A DNA stretch of 64,000 nucleotides from assembly GCA_951406725.2 (NCBI GenBank), contig OX597825.1, forward strand, positions 27,218,001-27,282,000. Direction: 5' to 3'. Position 1 is the stretch's first letter; every line of letters starts with the position of its first letter. Position numbers and translations under genes: made by a program. Of the stretch, positions 40,545-52,553 are shown one piece after another. The notes beneath the pieces are model-generated. The model ran no database searches, was not told the origin of the DNA, and saw only the letters and a program-made list of their open reading frames with translations. The stretch comes from Octopus vulgaris (lineage: Eukaryota).

Positions 40545-40820
40545 TCTCCGAAGCACAAGTCCGGGCAAGGTTCTTTATGGTAGACCAGCAGTCATCCATG
40601 CATACCAGCCTCTCCTCACTAAGCTATCGACATTATCCGAGGGACAGTTAAAGACCATACTCCTCCAACTGACATCACGACTCAGTTCTACAGCTGAGTG
40701 AAGTGGAGCAACGTGAAATAAAGTGTCTTTCCCAGGAACACAGCACACAGCCCGGTCAGTGAATCAAACTCACTACGACATGCTTGTGATGCCGACGCTC
40801 TATGAGCTATGAGCCTCCAT
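40545..40820 (-). mobile_element. tRNA-headed SINE, family D, diverged
   Basis: Minus strand reads ggaggctcatagctc..gagtttgattc..gggaaagacactttatttcacgttgctccacttcactcagctg, a CORE/V-like core. Only one copy is present in this window. Confidence 0.7.
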
Positions 40821-42089
40821 ATACATGTGTGTGTGAGTGTGGGTGTGCGTGTGTGGGTGTGCGCGTGTGTGTGTCTGTTTGTGTGTATATGTGTGTTTGT
40901 GGTTTATGGGTTTTAAAAAGCTTCTTCTGAACGCTAATTGTCCAAGAGAAATAATGTCATTTGTAATGGAAATAATAGTAAATATGAAGTTCATAATAAA
41001 AATGCTCTTCAAAAATCATAAAAGGCGTGTGTGAATAGAAATATATAGATCTTATTTGCAATTAAGGCATATAATGATGTACTTCGATGTTCAGCCAAGT
41101 TTTTGCGGTCAAGATGCTTGGTAACCTAAAATGAATATTCTCTTAAAATATTCTCTTTCGTCGTGGCACGTAGCTTCCATAACTACAGAATTAGAGAGCT
41201 ACTACATGCACATCTACCCATAAAAGTTAACGGAATTCTGCTCTTGTTCCTCCGTACACCAAAGCGTTTCCTCATCCATATCTTCATGGTTGTTTTCCAC
41301 ATGCATCATTCAACATTTCATAACACTTTATCGTTCAGAAATCTTAAATTATAACCTAACACATTACACATTAATTTAGCAAGAAATTGAAACAACACCT
41401 TTCTTCAGAAGTGTTAAGTACATATATGTTATCCGCCAATTCACTATAGCCTTGTAAATCTACATTACAAGCCTGTGAATTCTGAATTCATACGAAACAC
41501 CTCACTTATAGATGTAGGAATATTATGCCGCAGTTTTACGATTCCTTTTTGATAATACTACCGCCCATACCATTAAATTAATTCTTCCTAGAAGACTAAA
41601 AATTCATTATCTAGTAGACATTGGAATAATTATTTGAACGATGAGATTTTGAATATATCGATTGTTAAATTAAATGTCCTAATGAATTTCTGAAAGTTCT
41701 ATTAGACATAAAATTTATCGTCAAATACAGTATACGAATATATAAATAAGTAATGATCGCAGTCATTTAGATTGAAACCTATGACATCTTTCATCCACAA
41801 TACGTTCAATATTCTTTTCATATTCAGACAGTGAAAAATCTCATCTCTTTATACTATTAAGTTGCTAAAGGAAAGTCTGTGGGGAATTGATAAATGACAT
41901 CGCTATGAATATCATTACTGAAAACAGAGGTTTAGCATATGAAACAATATTAATGAGGAGTTATTACATGAGCTACACGTATGTGGCTTTTCTAACGCTC
42001 GGAAATTCATATCCTATCACCAATAGGATAGAATTGTTGAATATATGCATATAAACATATACATACATGCATACCTACATACATACATA

Positions 42090-42129
<40 letters not shown>

Positions 42130-42138
42130 ATATAATAT

Positions 42139-42178
<40 letters not shown>

Positions 42179-42355
42179 GGTATATATGCGCATACATGCT
42201 TACACATACATACACAGAAGCACATATATAAACATTGTATATAGATATAAAATATTATGTGTGTGTGAGTGAGTGTGTGTCTGTGTGTTAAATAAAATGA
42301 CACAACAAATCCAATGCTGTGTGGAATTTTCAGGATATTTCTTTAGACAATGTTA

Positions 42356-42403
42356 GTCTTACAGCTGTTTCTGGGATATTGTGGATATTTCTTCATCAGA
42401 GAC
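42356..42403 (-). ncRNA. Type I minimal hammerhead ribozyme motif with intact catalytic core (Penelope-like)
   Basis: Minus strand reads gtct-CTGATGA-agaaatatccacaatatccca-GAAAC-agct-GTA-agac. Stem I is gtct/agac and the stem III loop is palindromic. Confidence 0.7.
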
Positions 42404-43689
42404 GATGTGAGATGATTAAATAGAGGGAAATAGTAGAGATCAATATAAGGAGTTATTTTGGAAAAGGATGGAAATAAGAAGTGTAAAGGGAAATAAGAGA
42501 ATAAAAGTAAACATAAAAATATATGCAGGATGTTACAGTTGCAGTTTCTTTATCCAAGGGAAGTGGTTTGTAGAAATGCTTCTTATCCATGGTATGTAAA
42601 TAGGAGTTCATATTTTGTCATTCCAAATGGAAAGTATGGAGATGCAGATTCCATGTGATGTTCATTCAAAAGGGTCTTGTGGAGTGTGTCCGTCATATTT
42701 TCAACCCTCTTCTGTAGATCGTACTGCAATTTGCAGGAGTTGCTTTCGTTAAGATATATTGGTTTCATCACACACAATCTCTGGATGTGTGAGTTTTGTT
42801 ATTATTCTGGTTGTGTCCTGCTGTTCGGTGACACAGACTCTTTAGCCATTCTTCATCAGGAGTTTTCGGATTTATATTGAATGTTCTTTTAATTTCGTCT
42901 CTTACGTAGACCAGGCAAGGACAAATGGGTGGGAATCAGTTATGACTCACAAATAGGCTTCTATCCTCTGTAGCTTTGTGGGGCATGGACCCGCTAGGTG
43001 TCGTACTTTTCTTCTAAATCAAGAAAAAATAGACGCTCTAAAATCCTACAAACCAAGCTGTTCGAATATGCAATGACGGTGTCAACTAAGCATATATAAG
43101 CTCACTCTCATGTACATACATACATACATATATGCACGCACACACACACATGCTGTAATATATTCATACATATATAGAGTTAGTCTTTTGTGGACTACAT
43201 TAGAGATGAGATTAAAAGGATATACAATAAATGAAATGACGAAGGAACAAAGAATATCACAGCATACAATTCCACAATCGCCTGATGAAGAAATGCTATA
43301 GAATCTGTTTCACCGAAGTTCAGGGAATTATTAGACCAATAACAAACCCACACATCCAGGGATTACTTGTTTTGAAACAAGTACATTTTAACGAAAACAA
43401 CTCGTTGCGGTCCGCAGTACGAGCCGTATAAAGTGATTAGAAATATGACTGGCACACTGTATACAGTCCTTATTTTAGTTCCTATCTAAACAGGGGTCTC
43501 ATTAGAATAATATTATAGATGATCACAATTCCGAAACCTCTTATTGAAGAATGGGTATGCAATATGTTCAATAAAAAAATCCACACAAATAGGGATAACG
43601 TGTTTTGTAAAGAAAAAGTTTCTTAGAAATGCCTTCTAAAACGGACATAACCTAAAATTTTTGTGGGAGCTGTAAATCGATTATAAGGA

Positions 43690-43746
43690 TCCCTAGTGCA
43701 AAACTGGTATTTATTATTTTCCCTAGTGCAAAACTGGTACTTATTA
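43690..43746. repeat. 30-bp tandem duplication
   Basis: tccctagtgcaaaactggta(t/c)ttatta occurs twice. Confidence 0.9.
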
Positions 43747-44620
43747 GCAGCTAGGAAAGGATGTACAATAGAGTCGACCTCCATAGATGTTGAACTCGAA
43801 CTATAATACGAGTGACGCAACACGGCTAAGCAATTTGTTCGCCATACTAACAATTATACTAACTCACCGCTTAACAGTATAATGTGTGTAACGAGTAGCA
43901 CATATAGATGAGTTGCTACAGACAACAAAAATGTTATTATAATCAAAATAAGCATAACGGAGGTTAAAAAGAAAGATAAACACCTTTCGAGAGGTAATCT
44001 TAGACGACATACTGTGCAAATAATGCACCACAGCTGTTTGCACAGCATCTGCCGGCGAGGCACCGATGCACGATGGGTCGAAACGATGGTGGGGATTAAT
44101 AAAGAATGCCGAGAATTTAATTTTCGTTATCTTTTTATCATATATATATATATATATGATATATTTCCTTTATCGACATAATATTCCTATAAATCTAGAA
44201 ATGCTAGGGAAATTTGCCTCTTATATTTTCGATCAAGCGACATCGAAAATTATAAAAGCCAATCAGCATATCCACATTTATATAGACAATGAGTCATAAG
44301 ATTCTAATCCAGAAACGTACGTCCATAATTAACCGAAGACTTTGTGATTTCATTATTTGTCTTCTTTTTTTGCTATATGTGAGTTACAAATATTGTTTTC
44401 TGTGGAGACTTATTTTTGTAGTAACAGGAAATAGTAGTCTTTTGGCTGCTATTTCTAAAATTTTCGGTGTGTGGTTTAAGCAACTTGTTGCAAAAAAAAC
44501 CCTTATTATTGTAATTATATAAATTTTTACCGAATATGGTCCTTTTCCATACCGAAATACTAGGTGGAATTTGTTGATTTTATAAAATTAATTATATTTC
44601 ACCCTATATCTGTAATGACC

Positions 44621-44621
<1 letters not shown>

Positions 44622-44675
<54 letters not shown>

Positions 44676-44678
44676 ATG

Positions 44679-44753
<75 letters not shown>

Positions 44754-44758
44754 ATATG

Positions 44759-44806
<48 letters not shown>

Positions 44807-44823
44807 ATTATAAATATATACAT

Positions 44824-44883
<60 letters not shown>

Positions 44884-44900
44884 CTGTGTATATGTATGCA
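44622..44900. repeat. Compound (TA)n microsatellite
   Basis: Seen directly in the sequence. Confidence 0.95.
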
Positions 44901-45242
44901 TACATAAATATAGAATAGTGGTGCAATAATGCATCAATATCTACTGGATATAGCAGTCGATATATACATTCTGTCAAAGGTGTTTGCGGGCGGCGAACAT
45001 AAAACTTTCATCTGACCTGTAGGAAAAACATTACATATATGTACAAGCTGTGGATAAACTACAACCTAAGTTTCGAAGTCTCCAAAATACGATGGTTAAC
45101 GCAAATTTGAATTGTTCTGCTGCCAGTATACAAGCCTGACAGCCGAAGCCGTTAACAGAACCGAGAACATACAAGCAAGAAACAAATATTCATATATATA
45201 TATATATACATAAGGAATAATTGCAGAAGGATTTGCCAATTC

Positions 45243-45770
45243 GGTCAGTTTAGATTATGGTAAAGCACTTACACCATAATCACAGGGATAGGATTTGGGT
45301 CTCATGGCTGGACGCCGGCAGATTTTGCTGCAAATTATGGATAGATTATCCTGTTTATGCTATATTATTCGCATTATTCTGCATTTGATAATAAAATAAT
45401 TTTCTTATCTGTATTTTTCAATACATCTCAACGCTTCTAAAGCAACCTTTTTCTCTTGACTTTCAAAGTAAGTTGAATTTAACGTACTATAGCGTCTTAT
45501 AAAGCTACATTTTTATATCCTCAATTTACAGTAGAACTTGTCTTTTGGGCAGTTTAGCTTAATGGTGAAGCACTTGACATGTAATCAGAAGGGTGTGAGT
45601 TCGATACTCATGGCTGGATGCCGAAACGTCTTTCTGCAAAGTATAGATAGTTTATCCTGTTCATGCTATATTATTAGCATTATTGTACTTTTGAGAATAA
45701 AATTAGTTCCTTATTTGTATCTTTCAATACATCTTAACGCTTCGAAAGCAAGTTGGATTTAAAGTATTAT
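45243..45770 (+). repeat. Two tandem diverged units, each starting with a tRNA-like sequence
   Basis: Units start at 45243 and 45547. They share 'cagtttag..tggt.aagcactt..taatca..ctcatggctgga..ttatcctgtt.atgctatattatt..ttcaatacatct.aacgcttc.aaagcaa'. Confidence 0.85.
45548..45619 (+). pseudogene. tRNA-Thr-like pseudogene or SINE head (anticodon position TGT)
   Basis: D arm gctt-aatggtg-aagc, anticodon arm tga-caTGTaa-tca, T arm gtgag-ttcgata-ctcat, acceptor cagtt/ggctg. Mismatches are present, including A at the position of U33. Confidence 0.55.
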
Positions 45771-47508
45771 ATATATATATATATATATATATGAATATTC
45801 GTAAGTACTCTTGTATGTTTGTGTGTGTCACTGTTCTATTAGCTCAACCGATTTGAGCAGTATGTACTTGAGGAAACTGAAATATCGTTATCAACGTTCC
45901 TAGTTTATGATGTCCTTCACTGAATATGTTTGAAAACCCATTCTATGTTTCATGCAGAAATGTCTCGAAACCTCATGACTTACTTATTATACCATGTTAC
46001 GTCTCCTTATTGCTCACGCTGCTCTTTTAACCGTTTGTTACTTTTCATTATTCAGAATTATACATACTGTCGTTTATAAGACCAAATGTTGTGGCGTGAA
46101 TGATCTTCAGCGGCAACCGCTATATTTTTCTAGTTACTTCCTGTAATCTCCTTTGTTAGGTCAGCAGAAGCTAGGTTTTTATCTACTAGAAAATTCGTCG
46201 CTGCTGCGTAGCTGCACTTGTGTTAGTTTGTGACGACTTGATATTCTTAAGCAGACACAAAATAATCAGAATATTCCTTTCAATATTTTAACGTTTCTGG
46301 CAAATTCTAAGAGATATTTGATTATATTTATGTTTGTTTGTGCTCATTTGTACTTAATTTCACTTGTCTTTATACTTAATATTGTAGTCGTCGTCGAAGC
46401 TTTTGTAAGTGAATGAAATTGTTGGAAGCAATTTAAAAATTGGCAAATTCTTTGCGGAAGTATCTGGAGGGCAACAGAGTAACGAATGGAATAATATTTA
46501 TCTTTCATGAAGCAAACGTTTTACATATGATTGTGCCAAGTTATATCATCTGGTTGCTAAAAAAAAAAATAAAACATGAAAATGAAATTTAATAAATAAA
46601 TAAAATGAACTCACATATACACCTAAAAAAAGGGGGGTATTTTCGGAAGATTAAGTGCCACAAATGATTAAATTTTCAATATATTCTCACCAGGTGTTTA
46701 CAGCAGATCGTTATCAGTTTTGCACGGTTTCTGCTGAGAAATGGAATCATTTGAAATAAGTATAAAAAGGCGACAACAGATGAGAGCGGAAGAATTGAAG
46801 GAAAATGTGTATGGAAGAGATTAACATGAAGAGAAATGTAAAAGGAAAGAAACATTTATGAAAATATTTATATAACTTTTTCTCAAATAAGATGTATTTT
46901 CTTCTCCTTTGGGACACTATTATTGATAAATTGAAGTTATGTTTGATACTTTGCTTCTTTTTATTGTGAATAAAAATTTCTTAATAGATTTACTTTTACT
47001 ATTCAGAATAACTAATATACTTAGGAAAGAGAAATAGAAGGCTTTGATCTAGTATATTAACATGGAATGGCAGCTTCGTTTATGAAATAAAATAATTTCA
47101 GCTAGCAGTTAGCTCCATACAATACTTCCCTCCCTAACATGACCTTACCCAATTCTTAATAGAATAGTAATTTAGTATTTCTAAAAGTCGGCCATGATGT
47201 GTATCGCAGATGACTCACATTTTTATCTATACATTTCTTGCTCATTCACTATCACACTCTTCGACATTTTCATCTTGCTGCAGGGCTCTAAATATTGTAA
47301 CCTATGTTCTTATTTCTTTTAGTAATCTTGCTATCGTTTCGAATTCAATGAAGCTGTACCGATATTCCAGGAAATATTAGAGAATGAATATGGTTTTAAC
47401 TACTATAGCGTTACAGTGGCGACCATTCTGGGATCATATTCTTTTTTATTGAACTAAGTCACCTTATATTTCAGTGTATGTGTTTACAAGTTTTAAGTTG
47501 TTGTACAC

Positions 47509-47555
<47 letters not shown>

Positions 47556-48872
47556 AATACATATATGTGTGTGTGTATAAGTATTATCGATCCGTAAGGT
47601 CGAAGTCTGTCAATATGTGTGGAAGAGTGTGAGGATGCGTTTATTTTCGGCTAATGCAAGGAAGGCAATAGCGAAGTCTGTATGATAGTAATTATAATAT
47701 TTATACTCTCTCCCATATATATCTCCATCTCATTCGGACCGCTACTATTTATAGTTGTTCGGTCAATCTATTCTCACAGGGGGTGTTGTGACACCCGCCA
47801 CAACAGGAACCAATTCAATGCTAAGTATACTGTAATTTACTTTCAATAAATATATATGTTGGAGACATCGGGTGGATCATATTCATAAGTTCATTTCTTC
47901 AGGCGATGCGGCATTAATGTTGGAAGCAGCCGATGTATAGTTGAGTGTTGTTTATTAATTTTGACCAATGAAATTTTTGTTTGGAGTATGTGGCTAATTC
48001 TGTGTATTTGGTGGGTAGCAGTAGAAGGTGACGCGAAAAGAGAAAGGGACAATAATGTTAATGGCGTAGATGTGTGTAGCGATGTTAGACTTATTTTGAT
48101 ATTTGAGTATGCATATGTCAGGATGAGTAGAATAATTCATTGGTTTGACCTTAGTCACGGCATGCGCCCGTTCATTGAATGTCGTAGGCTCAACAAGTGC
48201 AACTATTTATTTGTTAGAGTTAACTGTATGAGTTGACAAACGGTATTCTCTTAAAATGCCATTTTAATTTGTTTCGGTGTTACAATAGTATAACTTTTAG
48301 AATATGAAAATAAGGATTATTTTGTTTAGTTTACACAATCGAATGAAAGTATTATTGCTAATACATCTCTCACGATTAATGAAATTAATAGAGCAGATGG
48401 CCAGTGACAGCTGCCGAACTTTCCCCCCTCCTCAGGGTAAAATGGTCTGTATTGCAACGACTGACTTACCTTTTCATTGCCAGAGATAACTCCAACCACC
48501 ATCACATGGTAACAATCGTGCAAGTTCATATGTGACCCCAAGTTTGGATGTTTGATACTACATCGTATTTAGACATCCCGTAAGTAAGGAAAGATTCATC
48601 TACAAATTTTCATGCACTCATTCATAGATCTCGGTCAGATATACGACTCCAAAAATTGTTGGTTCTTGTTCTTTCATTTTCTAACATTAATAACACTAAT
48701 ACTGTCTTTTCAGTATTTGAAAACTGGAAATGTTTCGTGACAGAATCACAAAGACAGGCATCGCTTTCTATATTGTGGCCTGCAGATTCTCGAGCTTTCG
48801 CCACTCAATCTTTATCTCCACAATGCCAGTCACTGCCAGTCTCTCACGGCTCATTTTTATTTTTGCCTTTCT

Positions 48873-49134
48873 GCAGACATAATTTTGGTGCTCATGTTTA
48901 GATGCGGTCATTTAAGTGTTTACGTTCGATTCTCTTTGGCATATAGCTTCCATTTCATTCTTTTAAGAACCTTTATATTAGTACTAGACTTGGTTCGGTT
49001 ACATCATCTGAACAACTAGCTGTGTGACTCAATAGACTGCAGATAAGTATTGAGACCAACAGATTTTTGAGTGGAAAGAGTAATTGGTTTGCTGACACTT
49101 TTTGCGTCGCTATAGAGTGCTGAAAGATAAAAAT
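48873..49134 (+). repeat. ~255-bp dispersed duplication, copy 1
   Basis: Roughly 90% identical by eye to 57293-57551. Confidence 0.92.
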
Positions 49135-50070
49135 TTCACTGGCGTTAGTCTGTCGGTTTAAAAATGGTCTGTGATATTTGCACAATTGAGATCAAAACAA
49201 AAAAATTGAAACGGGATCAGCAACATCCCCATTTTTCATTTAAGTTTAGTTATGAATTTATTCATGTAGACTGAACTGACGACCATTGACACTAAGCACA
49301 GTTTCGAATTGTGACTGTGTTATGTACTTACTACTGGTGATGCGCTTCCATAAGGGCATATATTTTACACGGCCCTGTCTCTCTTTGCTATAGCGCTTAT
49401 CTTAGACCATATCGAAACTAATGTTTATAGGGAGGCAAGAAAACATTGGATACAATTGGCATTTGACATTAATTCAAAAATGCAGAAATAAAAGAATATA
49501 TTTTACCTTGCCTTTAAGCTATAATCTACATAATTTAAAATGCAATTAGCATGCATCGTATTAAATGTAATACTTAATATCCCTGTGATGAAATGTATTC
49601 AAGCCAGTTTATATATAGATTAAACAGTTAGGGAATGTTAATTCTATTAATATAAGAAAAACAAAATTAAAACTACCTTTAATGAACATCATGCCATCAG
49701 ACTATATTATTATCGCAATATTTATAATTAATTTATATTATCTTTAATGCTGCTCAATGTGCATTCGTGTTTGCGCTTCCAGGTATAATTACGAGAGTAA
49801 AATACTGAATCTCTCAGGATTTACAAATCTCAGAGAGAGAGAGAGAGAGAGAGAAGAAAGAGAATACACACACATATTTGTACACATACACACACAAACA
49901 CATGTAACTTAATATCACGTTTTATGAGTGCACATGGTTCATAAGTTCACTTACCACAAACGTGTTTTCTGATTGCGTCCCATTGTGGGGGATCCACGAC
50001 AAGTGGCAAGCTATACATATACTTTTGCTGAAAAAAGGTTCACATGTGCATGCTTGTAAGAGTTTATATA

Positions 50071-50480
50071 TCTTTACTCTTTACTCTTTTACTTGTTTCA
50101 GTCAGTTGACTGTGGCCATGCTGGAGCACCTCCTTTAGTCGAGCAAATCGACGACAGGACTTATTCTTTGGAGGCCTAGTACTAATTCTCTCGGTCGCTT
50201 TTGCCGAACCGCTAAGTTACGGGGACGTAAACACACCACCATCGGTTGTGAAACGATGTTGGGGGAACAAACACAGACATGCAAACATACACACACATAC
50301 ATATATACACATATATACGACGGGCTTCTTTCAGTTTCCGTCTACCAAATCAACGTACAAAGCTTTGGTCGGCCCGAGGCTATAGTAGAACACCGTTGCC
50401 CAAGGTGCCACGCAGTGGGACTGAACCCGGTGCCATGTGGTTGGTAAGCAAGCTACTTACCACACAGCCACTCCTACGCC
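50071..50480 (-). mobile_element. SINE family B, full length
   Basis: Reverse complement of the 36698 copy. Confidence 0.93.
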
Positions 50481-50581
50481 TATATATATATATATATATA
50501 AACATTTACACGCATGCACATGAGAACCTTTTTTCAGTTTCCCCTCATATATATATATATATATATATAAACATATTTTAG

Positions 50582-50621
<40 letters not shown>

Positions 50622-50958
50622 ATTTACCGCTTCTGGAGAATGAACAGGGATTTATATAGCGTCTTTGTCAAAAGCAGGACCCTATATGAATACGTATAAA
50701 TACAACCCAAAATGAAAAGTATCGAGTAAACTTCGCGGCCAAAAATATCCCGATTCCGCGAATGAATTATATATGTTGTAGAAGACGAGGATCTCTGTTA
50801 GATGACTGAGCTAACGTGTTCAGTCATTCGAAAGTAGAGAGACCGGATACTATGAAGATGAAACATGTTCAGAACATGCATGGGTACACTGCATAACAAT
50901 CATAAGTAAAAACATTGAAGAAAACGGTAGAGGAATAGAGGCCGAAGCCAGAGTGGTT

Positions 50959-51035
50959 CCTCCTGATGATGTCCTTAGCCACTGGATACTATAAGGCAGC
51001 TGTGGAGGTAGCGAAGCACGAAACGTGCTTAGAAT
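50959..51035 (+). ncRNA. Degenerate hammerhead-like motif upstream of a Penelope-like RT relic
   Basis: cctc-CTGATGA..gcac-GAAAC-gtgc-TTA-gaat. Confidence 0.4.
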
Positions 51036-51189
51036 TCTTCAGATATCTTAAAATGAATCACGTTCCGCAATGCGCAAAGCAATTTCCAAAGTAAGTTGAA
51101 TGAACACTTGATATATCTCTGCAAATCAGATCAGTTATATCTTTTCTCTGATAAAACAAGATATGTATTTAGTGTAGGTGTTAGCGCGT

Positions 51190-51770
51190 AGAAAAGAATT
51201 CTCTCTAATAATGTAACAAATATTTATAAGAAATCTAGAAATAAGGCTTATAGATTTATTAATCTAGAAAGAAAAGAGTTTGCTGAAAAACTAAGATAGG
51301 GTATAGTGTTAGAATGCGTGGCATCGGGGCTTTCTTTAATACACCTAAGGACCATAAGTTAAATTTGTATAGTAAACATAAATATAGATACACTAAATCA
51401 GTAAAGGCGAAAATAATTGCAGTTAGTATAAATTATTAAAAGAAATCATTTTCAGAATAGAAGCAGTTTCCTCTTCAAAATTATAGCGTAACACTTTAGA
51501 AGTGCAGAAATATTTTAAACGAAAATAAAAATAAAAACAGAAATCTATGGCTTCAAGAAGCTTGCTATTGCTGACACTTTTTCACTATTTCCGCAACTTT
51601 GATAATCAAGGGCGTAGATTCTGCAAAACCAAACATTGATATCAATGAGGCTCACCTTGAATATGCCCTCAAGAAATTAAACCTTGTTTCTCGATAGCGT
51701 CATATGGGCTAAGAAAAGCGATGACAAATTATTCGACTTGACTGTAGGAGTATATGATGAAGCCTTGGTA
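51190..51770 (+). mobile_element. Penelope-like element reverse transcriptase relic
   Basis: LKDHKLNLYSKHKYRYTKSVK (cf. LKDHKxNF..RLINPxKS) and IWAKKSDDKLFDLTVGVYDEA (cf. WxKK..FDVTMGSxDGAE). Confidence 0.7.
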
Positions 51771-52477
51771 TTCTCTTTCTCTCATTCTCTCTCTCTTTCT
51801 TTCTTCCTCTCTTTCTCATTTTCTATCTCTCTATCTCTCTCTCACTCTACACACACACACACACATCTACATTGTTGTACTTTGGCAAATAAACACACCC
51901 ACTATATCTTTGTTCTTCAATCGTTTATTACAGTTCTCATCTTAACTCATGTCCATTGTTCGGAAATTTTTAATCACACATTTGTGACCTCTTCCAAGGC
52001 ACTTACTCCCGCGAAAACCAAAATTAAAATTTAGGATTTGCAGAGGGTCTCTCTCCCTCTATTTCCTTTATTCTCTCTCTCGTTGCTCACAACAAGTGAC
52101 CATCGTCCATCTTGCTTTTCCTCATCTTTTTCCTTCAGGGCTGTCGTAGAGACAGCACATATCCTATCTGTCTCTCTCCTCTATCTTTTCTCTTGTCAAA
52201 GAAATTATTTCTCCAGCGTTCGCTATTTTAACTCGTCGGACTAACAACCATCCATGCTTGTTTTCGTTCGGTTTCGTTGTATGCCTTCACTGACCCGTTT
52301 TTGTTCCCAATTTTAACCCTCTGCAATTCCCAAATGTTTGTTTGGTTTTTGTGGGAGCTACTGCCTTCGAAAACATATATTGGGGTTTAATTCTCGAAAT
52401 GAGAGTAGATGACATGTTGACAACTGATGAAGGGCCGTTCTTTATGTTATTTGTCCTGTTTCTCATTTTTCTTACTC

Positions 52478-52481
<4 letters not shown>

Positions 52482-52552
<71 letters not shown>
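52482..52552. repeat. (TA)n microsatellite
   Basis: Seen directly in the sequence. Confidence 0.95.

Positions 52553-52553
<1 letters not shown>

Noticed and set aside
43281-43320. CTGATGA..CGAA as a hammerhead (also minus strand ~42820-42859 and ~47865-47905)
   Set aside because: There is no GAAAC, stem III or stem I pairing. It lies in a coding-like relic where it reads PDEE.
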